A stretch of DNA of 63,010 nucleotides, the filler included, from Rozella allomycis CSF55 (lineage: Eukaryota): NCBI GenBank assembly GCA_000442015.1. It is 6 parts of 6 records of this genome, joined end to end, with 100 filler letters (N's around TTAATTAATTAA, not from the genome) between each part and the next. Parts side by side here need not be neighbours in the genome. Positions count along the whole stretch, not along the records: positions 25,559 to 35,390 come from KE560923.1; positions 35,491 to 55,079 come from KE560927.1; 4 more parts are not named here. One strand, given 5' to 3'. Numbering within the stretch: the first letter of the stretch is position 1; every line of letters begins with the position of its first letter. The position numbers were made by a program, and so were the translations under genes. Below the pieces are notes generated by a model. That model ran no database searches, was not told the DNA's origin, and saw nothing but the letters and a program-made list of their open reading frames with translations. Below are positions 25,515 through 36,732 of the stretch, one piece after another.

Positions 25515-25791
25515 NNNNNNNNNNNNNNNNNNNNNNNNNNNNNNNNNNNNNNNNNNNNATGCGACGATATCATCCAGGATTCACCAGTTACAATTACGAT
25601 GAACACGAAATGCCCACAATTCATGAACAGCTAAGGTTATATAAAAAGGTTATGGAAGCTCATAAATTTTTCGAAAAAGAACTTGAAAGAGAACGCGAAC
25701 TTTCTCGCCCTCCATCAACGAACAAAAATATTGCCAGTAGACTTTATGAGTTGTTCAGATAATAAAATGGTTTAGAAATTTAAAGTCAAAT

Positions 25792-26670
25792 TTAGTTTAA
25801 TCTTTCAATAATTTGTTGGACTTTTTCATCCGAGTAAATTTGAAATCCATCTGCTGGTGTTACAGAGGCGACTTGGATATTTGTAGCACACAACTTTTCT
25901 TCCATGACTTGTTTTAATAATTTCAATGAAAGATTTTCGGCTTCCACAAGAGTCATGGACTAGTAAACATAGCACATTTAAATTACCTTGTGGAATTGCT
26001 CTTGTAATTCAGTGTTGGCACCTTCAGATCCAGCGCCAATAGCTACAGCATCATACTGGGTAAATGTTCCTGATGGATCTGCGTGAAACCTATTTATGAT
26101 AACTGTGGAACGAATTTACAGTTGTGGGCCTTTTTCATCGACTCCGGCAATTAGCAAAGCTACACCAAACGGTCTACTCATAATTGCTTCCTGACCGTCA
26201 GCCCCTTCACCAAAGCGGAGAGCTANNNNNNNNNNNNNNNNNNNNNNNNNNNNNNNNNNNNNNNNNNNNNNNNNNNNNNNNNNNNNNNNNNNNNNNNNNN
26301 NNNNNNNNNNNNNNNNNNNNNNNNNNNNNNAACATTTAAAATTATCAATACTTGTGCTTCAACTCTAGCATGATCAATCATTGTTCTAGAATCAGCCGTT
26401 AAGCCAGACCTGAAGAAAAGTTGTGATATTAAATTACATTGCGCAGCCAACGTGTCTATCAATCTCCATAATTTTTTCAATACTATTGGGCTCCAATAAT
26501 TTAGAAGTGACTCGTTTTTCAACGGCAAGCAGGACGCCTTCTTTTGTCTGGATGCCAAGTGCTGTAGAACCAAGTTTAATGGCCTCAATAGCATATTCAA
26601 CTTGAAATAATCGTCCTTCTGGTGAGAATGTATTTACTCCTCGATCGTATTCACTTCTGGTAAGATACAT
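25792..26670 (-). CDS. PSMA5: 20S proteasome subunit alpha-5
   Basis: [67 protein letters not shown]. Internal N gap. Confidence 0.96.
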
Positions 26671-26737
26671 CGCCAAGCAAGGGTGAGTAATTTAGTAAAA
26701 TTCGTGTAATTCTTTAACAGTGAAAGACAAAAAATAT

Positions 26738-28575
26738 TTATTTTTTCTTATTCTTAGTTCTTCCTCTTTTTTGTTCAATTACAATCTGCCCTGTTTGCAA
26801 TTCATTTTTAAAGGAGCTATTTTCGACTGATTGCTGTGTATTAAGATAAAACATCACATCCCTAAGTTGTTCCTTGACATCTTTTAACTCCTCTTCCTTT
26901 TGTTTTAAATGTATTTTAAGAGAATCAACCTTCTTCAAAAGATTTTCATTTATCTAATAGTTAATAATGCTCACGATTACTTGTTTTTCAAATGTTAATT
27001 CATCATTGCTAGATCTTAATTTATTGGTTAAATCCACTATCTTTGTTTCCAGACATTTTTTTCTTGTTGACAGACTCTGAATAGTTTCATTGTGTTCAGA
27101 ATTTATTCTGTTTAAATTAGAAATTGATGATTCTAATTGAGATATTTTTTCAACAGTTTGAGATTGCATCAAATCCATTTGAGCTTCATAGAATAATCTT
27201 TGTGACTCCAAATGGGCCAAGAGCATATTGCTATATTCAATTCCGATTTCATCATTCATTTATACAGAAAGATATTAATTACTTTGCTTGAAGAAGTGGC
27301 CGTGGGCCCGGGTAATTCGACTAGTTTACCATCACCCATGACCAACCTATGGACGTATCCATCACCGACATAGTCCCAAACCCTCTGGGTTTCCAATTCT
27401 AAGGAGAAAACGTGGTCAGTTTGAACATGATGTTCATATGCATGTCCTTTTTGGTACCAAACAAAAAATAATCATAAAATTACCTTCCACAACCGATGTG
27501 TCCACAAATTAAGCAGATCCATAAATCTTCATTAGTTCCACAAATGCCACAAGTGTTCTTCATCTCCGGGTTATTTTTCAATGTGTGTCTGCACACAGGG
27601 CAACTTAATGACAGAATCACAAATTGTCTACCTCGAATCACCCCACTTGGACATGCAACTGCAATGAAAAATATGATTACAGAAAATAGTCAAGACTCCA
27701 CTGACAGCAGCATCCATGCGCTCCAAACAAACTGGGCCTTGATTCAAATTAGAATATGTTTGTACAAGTAGGCAATTCATACGACTTTGATCCACCCGCA
27801 GATGTTTCACCGTTATTTTTATTTAATTGCACCGACTTGCAGACTGATGAATAACTTTTGTCGATGAAGAAATCCGCGTCAGGTGAGATTGACTTTAGTT
27901 CAATAGACCTAACCCACCCAACATGGCATAACTCCGGACTCATTGAAGTAAATTGCTTCCCATGGAATTCTTTTATAAAGTCAATTGCCGCCCCTTGCTC
28001 TCTGAACTTGAAAATAGCCATGTATCTGTTGGGAGCTGAATCCTTCAGACATCGAATATGGCTAACTTGTTTCTGATACGAGTCAATGAAATCTAATAGA
28101 TCGCAGGGTTCAATGAAAGATGGGACAGCCAGAATGCAAACAATCAAGTTTGATTCATACGACTTCGAAGATATGAGTCCTAACATTTAAATTTGAAAAT
28201 ATGTATACTATCGTTAACAATTAAAGAAACTGTTGTTTCAGCTTTGCTTTTTTGATCATTATCTTTAAACAATTGAATTACACCTGAACAAAGGTCCGAA
28301 TTGCCAGAAATAAATGGAACAAAAGTATCCGAATTTGTTATCCACGTCATTGACAAATTTCCTTTCCCAAATCGGCTGAAATCTATCTTGGGCAACACGG
28401 ATTCGAATGAAGGAGGCTGTCTTTTTAATACAATTGAATTAAGATCAGTATATAAAGAAAATCCTAGTTTTTTGGGCAGCGTGTCTGAAAAGAAATCCGA
28501 GGGAAATAACAAGAAAGGGTGTTTGTTAACTTTCTCCAAAAGGCAAATTGATATGTCAAACCCTCCTATTTGCAT
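26738..28575 (-). CDS. BRAP: BRAP2/ETP1 RING + ZnF-UBP ubiquitin ligase
   Basis: BRAP2 domain (CILAVPSF...[11 protein letters not shown]...FHGKQFTSM), RING (CPVCLERMD...[13 protein letters not shown]...CPVCR), ZnF-UBP ([14 protein letters not shown]...[21 protein letters not shown]), coiled-coil tail LRDVMFYL. Confidence 0.92.
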
Positions 28576-28686
28576 GGGAGAAAAATCTCAGGGTTGCCAT
28601 TTTCTGACTCCAGTTTAATAATTATGCATAAAACTTTTTAATGTGCATTTCAAAGATTAAAGTTTTAAAATTTCCTTTAATTGGAA

Positions 28687-30061
28687 ATGGCTGCGCGAAA
28701 AGTAGTAGTGACAGGCGTGGGAACTGTAAATCCTCTAGGAAATTCAGTCAAAGAGAGTTTTGAAAACCTTATTAGTGGAAAGTGCGGAATATCCAAATTG
28801 ACAGGAGAAGAATTCGCATATTATCCTAGTAAGGTGGCCGCAAGAATCACCAACTTTGCAAATTCTGTAATCAATAGGGTAAAGTTTGAAAGGATGAGAG
28901 TATACCCAAATTTATTCAATATTCCTTGCACTCAACCGAGGAAGCCGTAAAAATGGCCAACCTCGATTTAAAGGCAATAGACTTAACAAGGCTGGTATAA
29001 TTGGTTATTTGATGAAAAAGGGAGTATGTTTTGGGACTGGCCTAGGAAATCTTGAATACATTTGCCAAAGCCATGACCGCTTAAAAGAAGTATGATATTT
29101 AATTGATTGATAATGAACAGTCATATAGAAAACTATCGGCATATACTATACCATATATTCTAAACAATGCTCCTGCAGGTTTTATCTCAAAACAATACCA
29201 ATGTCATGCGTTTTCACATTCCGTATCAACCGCTTGCACGACTGGACTCCATTCCATAATTGATGCTTTTAGATACATTCAAAGTCGTGATGCGGATATA
29301 GTTATTGCTGGTGCAACAGGTAAACAAATGAAACCACGTCCAAGAAGAATCATCGATATGCCCATTAACGATGGCAGGATTCTCAAAGGCGAAATCTTTA
29401 NCAACTATAATGAAGAACCACATAGAGCTTCTAGGCCATTCGACGCTGACAGATGCGGATTTGTTGTGGGTGAAGGCTCAGGAACCTTAGTAATCGAGTC
29501 GCTAGAACATGCCTTAAGTAGAGGAGCCAAAATTTTGGCAGAAATTTGTGGATACGGACTTTCAAGTAACTTAATGTAAATTAAAGAAAAGGTGACGCTT
29601 ACCACATGACATCACCGTTTCCTGAAGGTGAGTGGATAAAATATTCAATGAGGAATGCTCTAAGAGGAATTGGAAATATTAATTTGGTAGATTATATTAA
29701 CGCACATGCTACTTCCACAGTGGCAGGTGATATCGAGGAAGCAAAAGCAATTGAATCTTTATTCGGAAGTGATATTCTCGTATCATCTTGTAAAGGAAGC
29801 ATTGGTCATTTATTGGGGGCTGCAGGTGCTGTCGAATTGATATTCACTATAATGTCTATGAATAAAGTAATTCGTGTCATCCCATCTTTTTAGAATGTTG
29901 CGCCACCCAATCTAAATTTGGAAAGGAAGGCTAACAAAATAGATTTAAAAAACTTGCCTAAAAAGGCCATCGAAAAAAATATTCGCTACGCCCTGTCCAA
30001 TTCTTTTGGATTCTACGGGACAAATGCATCTATTGTTTTGAAGAAAAATGATTTGATTTAA
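28687..30061 (+). CDS. OXSM: Mitochondrial 3-oxoacyl-ACP synthase (FabF-like, Cem1)
   Basis: [76 protein letters not shown]. Confidence 0.92.
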
Positions 30062-30190
30062 TGGCTACGAAATAAAATTTAGTTTTACGGTTTTTATCTT
30101 ATATTCCCTGTTGGATAAAAATGCGCGTGTCAATTATATGTCTGTCATGTCGTAATTTTCAATGTCACGAAGTGGCTTGTTTTGTAAAGA

Positions 30191-31288
30191 ATGGTTTTTT
30201 TGGAGGGACTATATGTTTTAGTTTTTCTGATAGTTGGGCTGTTTGCATCAGATGAAAATCGTTATTCTAGTGAAAGTGAAGGCTTTTCTTTAGGCGGAAT
30301 GATAAGGTATATGCCAAGACGAAGAAATTCATCAAAAAATTGGAGTGACAGTGGTAAAGGTAGTAGTAGCAATAGTGAAAGAAGCTCTTTAGAGATGGAA
30401 AGAATGTTCAACGATATTGTTGAAGCCGAGTCAAATTTCCCAAACGAGTTCAATGCTATGCTAATGGTGCCAGGGACTGTCTTGAATTTCTTTAATTACA
30501 GGGATAATACCAGAAATTTCCAATACATTAAGCTTTCAAGTGTCATTCATTGTCTGCCAGGCCAAATCATTTACCAGGGACGCATAGAGAATGAAGAGGC
30601 CAATAGTATAGTTTTTGTGAAGCAATACATAGAATATCACTCTATACTTAATACTTCGTCACTTACAAAGAGATTCCAATATTTGCATAAGAGTCTACCA
30701 GAAACGTATGGAGAGAGCTATCAAGTGTTTGGGGCATTTTATGTACCAGCAGGTAAAACTGTTGCAGATGAATTTAAATTCTTGAAATATAACAAGTATG
30801 ACATGAATGAAGAAGATCTCCACGATGCATATCTTTGCTTGGCCAATGTGTTTCTCTCAACTGTTCAACATTACACTTCTCTGGGATCTCGAGTGCAGGC
30901 CGAAAATATGAGATTGCAATTTCTAAAGCCAAAAATTCATGTTTCTACATTATCACCATTGTCACCTTATAGGAATACAATGAGAATGAAATTCAAAAAC
31001 GAGCAGTTGTATGAAGCTTGGAAATACCTGCAAACCCAATCAACGTTGATATTTGGGAAAAGCCATGTCGAGAGCCACTATAGTACCTTTGTGACAGAAT
31101 TTTTAAGAATGTCATTGTTGGAAAACTCAAGGATCGATCTTGAAGAATTTAATCTTTACAATATTTTCAACATAGATTATGACAACATCCTTAGGCACAT
31201 ATCTGTTCTTGATATCGAGCAAGAAAAAAATATCTTTGAAAATTTACAAAATAGTATTTTATCGCTCAATAAGTATTTCTCATCGTAA
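30191..31288 (+). CDS. Orphan secreted protein (365 aa), degenerate kinase-like fold; paralog of 34423-35331
   Basis: Hydrophobic N-terminal signal; intronless; IVFVKQY and AWKYL...IFGKSHVES blocks are shared with the 302-aa ORF. Confidence 0.75.
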   Translation: MVFLEGLYVLVFLIVGLFASDENRYSSESEGFSLGGMIRYMPRRRNSSKNWSDSGKGSSSNSERSSLEMERMFNDIVEAESNFPNEFNAMLMVPGTVLNFFNYRDNTRNFQYIKLSSVIHCLPGQIIYQGRIENEEANSIVFVKQYIEYHSILNTSSLTKRFQYLHKSLPETYGESYQVFGAFYVPAGKTVADEFKFLKYNKYDMNEEDLHDAYLCLANVFLSTVQHYTSLGSRVQAENMRLQFLKPKIHVSTLSPLSPYRNTMRMKFKNEQLYEAWKYLQTQSTLIFGKSHVESHYSTFVTEFLRMSLLENSRIDLEEFNLYNIFNIDYDNILRHISVLDIEQEKNIFENLQNSILSLNKYFSS

Positions 31289-31339
31289 TTAGAATAAATA
31301 AAACGCTATTCATAATTGAAATTACTCGGTGGTCTCTAA

Positions 31340-32098
31340 ATGATCACAAAGAGGCCCTTTTCAAAGCTGGGTCTGGAAAAGCATCTGCGTTGGTAATTTC
31401 AACATAGTCAACAATTTATTTGGCTTGCCTATACTTTTAAGTTTAATTCATTATTATTTGCCATTACGATTGTCTATTGAGTCTTACAAATTACAATTCA
31501 GTTTGCCCACTTGGCACTTTCTTTCCAATAAAATAAGTGAAAACGCTTGGAAAATAGTGTTTACTTCGTACCTATTTAAGATTCATATTGCGCTAAGTGT
31601 ATATTAATTTGTTAATTTATTTGTGATGCTGTGAGCAATTTCACAAACGGCCTCTAAAATACACATCAGCAATAAAATCGACATGGAAAATGTTTCCATT
31701 ATATATCTTTCATACGAAAATTTGGACGTTTTTACAGATGCGATGACAATACTAGTATGTACAAGTACCCAATGAGAGTCCCAAAGCAGATTAATAACCT
31801 ATGAAAAATAGTGCACGAATCGCTTGCTTTATACACTTTAGGTATCAATTGTAGTCGTATCAGATCAGACAAGAATGTCAACACTAAATTGAACGTGTCC
31901 AAAACGAAAGTTATCCTGTTCACATCTGTAACACCGGTAAAAACTAGAATTGAAGAATAAATGATATATTACATTTGATTAATATTGAAATAATTTGGTA
32001 TGGAATAATAATTGCCATTAGTCGTCGATGACAGAAGAGGAGTAATTCCATCATTGAATTCCCAATTTTCAAAATGGTGCAAGACAATCTAAAAATGA
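31340..32098 (-). CDS. Possible multi-exon gene of unknown function (5' end lost at n32099)
   Basis: Open segments separated by short GT-AG intron-like spacers (...NINQI|FTGVTDVNRITFVLDTF...; last exon IVDYVEITNADAFPDPALKRASL*). Structure not fully resolved. Confidence 0.3.
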
Positions 32099-32105
32099 NT
32101 TCAAA

Positions 32106-34365
32106 ATGGTGCAAGACACTCTAAAAATGACTTTGCGATCGACTAGTATACCCAACCCTATTGGATTATCATATGCTTCCACTAATAGAGGCGTTTCATG
32201 TTCTTTTCGGTTTTTCAAGCCAGCTCTAGATAATGTTGATATAGATACATCGAAAGTCATTGTTTTACATCCAGGCAGTGAAACATTAAAGTTTGGGATG
32301 GCTACAGAAGGATTGCCAAGGACTATTCCTAACGTTATTGCACGATTAGATCCCACCAAGGGCGACACGATGGAAGCTGAAAATAAAATGGATGTTAGTT
32401 CTGAAATTGAAAATAATGAAGACATTGACAAGCATATAAATATAATGAAAGAGAGTATCAAAAGCCGTTTACAACAGGCGCAATTGAGAGAAGTCCCGAA
32501 CGCTGATACGATTGTAACCTTTTCAAGTATCCTTTTTAGATTTCAAACTTTAACCAAAACTCAAAGCCAGAAAAGAGGATAGAGAATAACGATTCAATTC
32601 AATTTGAAGGATCTTCAAAACCACAAATCATAATTGGAAACGATGTAAGTAAGTTTCAATGCATATAGCAGGTTAAATATATTACAAAAGAAGCGCCATA
32701 TAAAGTGATTAATCTTTTTGAGAGAAAATATCCAACTGAATTAAACAATGCTTCCTTTGCTGCTGATTTGGAGGCGATATGGGCATATGCCATTGAAAAA
32801 CATCTTGAAATTAATCCCAAGGAGTTTAAAGTAAAATTTAAATGTTTGAANGATCATGGAATAATATTGATAATTCCGGATAATTTTGATAGGGAGTATC
32901 TAAGAGTTGCTAGCAGGACAATATTAGATTTGATGGGCTTTAAGGCTGTATTATTCATGCAAGTAAAATGGAATTGTTTGAGATATAAGGAATCTGTGGC
33001 GGCAACGTATGGAGCCGGTGTGTCAGTTGGGCTTGTAGTTGACATTGGCGCGCAAGGAATTTCAGTGGCTTGTGTAGAAGAAGGTTGTTTATCGGCAAAG
33101 TCTAGAGTTCATGTTCCAATTGGCGGAGAAGACATGACATGCTTTTTATTTAACTTGTTAAAGCAAGCAAAGTTTCCAGGTCAAGAAATGAATATCCATG
33201 ATCATGTTGATTTTGATCTGCTGGATGAAATAAAGACAAAGCATGCTACTTTATCTGAAGTAAAACATTTTCATTTGAATGATATATAGAAAGACTTGAA
33301 TGTTCATTTAGTGGACGTACAAGTCAAGGGACCAGAAGATTCATTGTTCTCTTACAAAATCAAAACGTATGATCAATTTATTCTATCTTCAATGGTAAAT
33401 TAATTGCTTTTTAGTCAAGAAGATGTTATTTTATCCTGATGTCTTAAAGAGCATTCAACTACGCCACCAATTGAGTTTTCCAAACAGAGAATCGCCCAAT
33501 TTTGATGTTTATTTGAATCCTGATCAGATTCTTTCAGCTGGTAAAAAGAAGAGTAGAAAGAAGACTGTGCATTCCTCTCCTGATAAAAGCGTAGATTATG
33601 AAAAGGAAGATTTATCGGATGACGAAAACAGTGATATTGAACCATTTTCAGAAAGAGATTCAATTTTACCGCATAAAGAAGAAGTGATTGAAAAAACAAA
33701 TATTTTTGAAGAAGAAACTTTTAAATGTCAGAATTGTGAATTTGAGGGAATTGGGTTATCTTCAATTTTAAGTCACGTTGAATCTGAACATATTTTATCC
33801 CTTGAACAGAAAACAGATAAAATTTATGAATTTGTTTGGGGTGATGAACATTTGAATTTTGCTAGCCTTCCTTCTATCATGGGATACGTTTCAAGATATT
33901 ACCTCTTAAAGTCAACAGGCAATAAACCTTCTGATACTGAAAACGCTCCAACAGAGCAAACCATTCCCGCTATTGATGAAGCCATTATACAAAGTTTAGG
34001 CTCGCTAGTAAATTTGAATGGAAATCAAATTCCTGAACGAGGGAAGAGATTGTTAAATTCAATTTTACTGGTAGGCGGCGTTTCAAAGATTTATTCACTC
34101 GCCGAATTTCTCAAATCCCGGTAAATTAATTAAATCATAATTAATTAGTTTGGCCACACGGTTTAAAGAAATGGGTTACTCCACTCAGCCTTCTATGGAA
34201 GTTCTCGTTAGTTCAAAAGATATGGATCCCAAGTATCTTTCATGGAAAGGCGCCACTATTCTAGCTAAAATTGATTCATCAAAAGAATTTTGGATTTCCG
34301 GTGAAGATTGGCACAATCATGAATTAAAATCCCTACAGGCAAAGTGCATTTTCCCAATAAATTAA
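32106..34365 (+). CDS. ARP8: Actin-related protein 8 (INO80 complex)
   Basis: KVIVLHPGSETLKFG...PRTIPNVIAR, QESVAATYGAG...VVDIGAQGISVACVEEG, SILLVGG, KDMDPKYLSWKGA...EFWI. Confidence 0.88.
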
Positions 34366-34422
34366 ATTAACGTTTTTCTTACATTTTAAATAATAGAAGT
34401 TTATTCATGAAAGCTAATATAT

Positions 34423-35331
34423 TCATTTACGCTCTTTATCAACCAAAGATTTCATCTCTGAAACTTTCACACCTATAGCCACTGTTTCTGGATGAGCTTC
34501 ACCAAAGATAGAAACCGCATTTTGATACAAAAGAGACCACATTTTTAAATATCTCACATTTTTCGTAGATTGTGCATTAAGATCCATGAATGTATTGTGA
34601 ATATCGCCTGGTGATAGAATTTCATTCCCGTCAGTAATAATCATCTGATAAGGATCGATATTCACTCCCATCAAAGTGAAATTATCAACTGTTTGAATGA
34701 TGCCGCTTCTTAATGCTCTAAAAATTTCAATTGTTTCTTTCTCGCCAACATTCCTTTTTGACTCTTTTATCATATCAAAAGCTAACTGCACTGGCGTCCC
34801 TACTGGCTCTCTCAATACCATTAATCTCTCAGCATTTGGGCCTAGGCCTACACCAGCATAAATCTTCATATTCTTCGCCACTCTTCTTTCAATTGACATT
34901 CTTTTATAAGTTTGATGATAGTCATCATGACCTACCATATTGTATTCATTTAAAAATACGGGATATTGTTTGACATAGACTGTTTCGGAGCCAGAGAAGC
35001 CAACATATGCAGTGCCGTAGAGTGTCGAGTATATCATTTGCCCAATTGTCACCTCAAATGTTACATCAGGGTTTTCCATGTTCATAAACATTATCACTTC
35101 ACATTCCTCAATCTTTGTTATCTTTCCATTCATAACATAATTAATGGCTTCAATTCCTTTGTATTCATTCATTGGTGTATCGTCTTGCTTCACACATGAT
35201 TTCGAAAACAGACTTCCAGTGAACATTTTCTTCAGTAATGAGAAATGGCGTTTGGTTTGATTCGAATTCTCAGTAGGAGTTGTATGTATGAATGAAATAA
35301 TACAAGAGAATACCAAAAGTATCAGTTTCAT
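34423..35331 (-). CDS. Orphan secreted protein (302 aa), pseudokinase-like
   Basis: Signal MKLILLVFSCIISFIHT; kinase N-lobe-like GQMIYSTLYGTAYVG...TVYVKQY...IERRVA...LMVLREPVGTPV; C-terminal IFGEAHPET. Intronless. Confidence 0.75.
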   Translation of the reverse strand: MKLILLVFSCIISFIHTTPTENSNQTKRHFSLLKKMFTGSLFSKSCVKQDDTPMNEYKGIEAINYVMNGKITKIEECEVIMFMNMENPDVTFEVTIGQMIYSTLYGTAYVGFSGSETVYVKQYPVFLNEYNMVGHDDYHQTYKRMSIERRVAKNMKIYAGVGLGPNAERLMVLREPVGTPVQLAFDMIKESKRNVGEKETIEIFRALRSGIIQTVDNFTLMGVNIDPYQMIITDGNEILSPGDIHNTFMDLNAQSTKNVRYLKMWSLLYQNAVSIFGEAHPETVAIGVKVSEMKSLVDKERK

Positions 35332-36732
35332 AGAATGTGCCTAAATTTCGAAGATTGTCGGTCTAGAATTGAACACGTGTGACATGCTTCNNNNNNNNNN
35401 NNNNNNNNNNNNNNNNNNNNNNNNNNNNNNNNNNTTAATTAATTAANNNNNNNNNNNNNNNNNNNNNNNNNNNNNNNNNNNNNNNNNNNNTTCTGAAGTC
35501 CGGGTCGTAAACTCCCCGTCCGATAAATTATGTCTATAAATTGTATCTTTCAATTAATATAATTGTTTAATCGATTGGATCTCTTTTAAGATTTGCTACA
35601 CTAAGGGGACTCAAAACGAAGCGATTCTTAAGCTCTAAAACGCTAACAAAGTAGATAAAACAACAATTTATTATTTTAATTTAATCTATTTGTAATTAAA
35701 CACAAATGTGCCATATTAATGAGCAACCCAACATGCCCCTTCCAAAACTTCCGCCACCTATATCTCAACAACTATCTTTACTATAGGGGCTGAAAATGAA
35801 TATTACTTGGTATTTGGATGTTCTGAGTTCATAGACGAAATTTGGGAGAAAACGGAAGCAAAAAATGACATACACACATCGACAACCACCCTTGTATATT
35901 CGAAGTGAAAAGGGCATTAACTAAACTTGCCAATAATCGTTTCTGAAGTCCGGGTCGTAAACTCCCCGTCCGATAAAGTCTATGAAAAGTAAAAAAGGAG
36001 AAGGATATGTTTTNNNNNNNNNNNNNNNNNNNNNNNNNNNNNNNNNNNNNNNNNNNNNNTAAATACTAATTATTAAACTCGTCCGATTTAAACAGCACTG
36101 CGAGCACTAAACTTGTTAATTTGAAAAGAGCGAGAGTTTGCAATTTGCACATCCTTCCCTGTCTTTTGCGCATCCCCAGAGACCATTCTTATCTATCATT
36201 AAAAAGCCATCTTTGCATCTGGAACAAGAGGAATCCACGCATCCATCTTGCGAGTCTTGGACACAAATGTATTCTTTAGTTTTAAAAGACCTAGTAGACC
36301 TGCGAGATTCGTAAGTGTTGGTACATGTCTTGCAGTCGATATCCAAGCAATTCGGGTCTTAAAAGGTGTGAGTAGCGTATGGCAGAGGGTTGGATCCAGG
36401 ATCGACGCTATTTTGATTTTCGGGAATCGACGTAGGTGTGTTTGCTTGGTGGGGAGGAGACATCAGCAATGGATCGTATTGTTCCAACTTCCAAGTGCAA
36501 TGGTGCCTGTCTGTGTGTCGGACAATATCCGGAGGATTGTCTGGCAAAGCAGTTTGAAAAGCAAGCAAGTTTGCAGCTAGCACTGAAAGGAAAACGAGGC
36601 GTCATTGGAACATGGTTGATGGTATATAGTACCCAATTCTATTTTTAGAAACAATGTAACATCTATTGTTAGAAATAACAGTATAAAAAATAGTTAAATT
36701 AAAAAATTAAAAATGACTTTATTTACGGTTTC

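Noticed and set aside
25559..25762. 67-aa ORF as the continuation of LYAR
   Set aside because: Separated from LYAR by an artificial scaffold linker and shows no LYAR similarity. Probably the 3' end of another, unidentified gene.
35491..35977. 37-nt direct repeat (35491-35527 and 35941-35977) as LTR or element ends
   Set aside because: The first copy abuts a scaffold gap so its extent is unknown. There are no TG...CA ends, target-site duplication or coding content between the copies.
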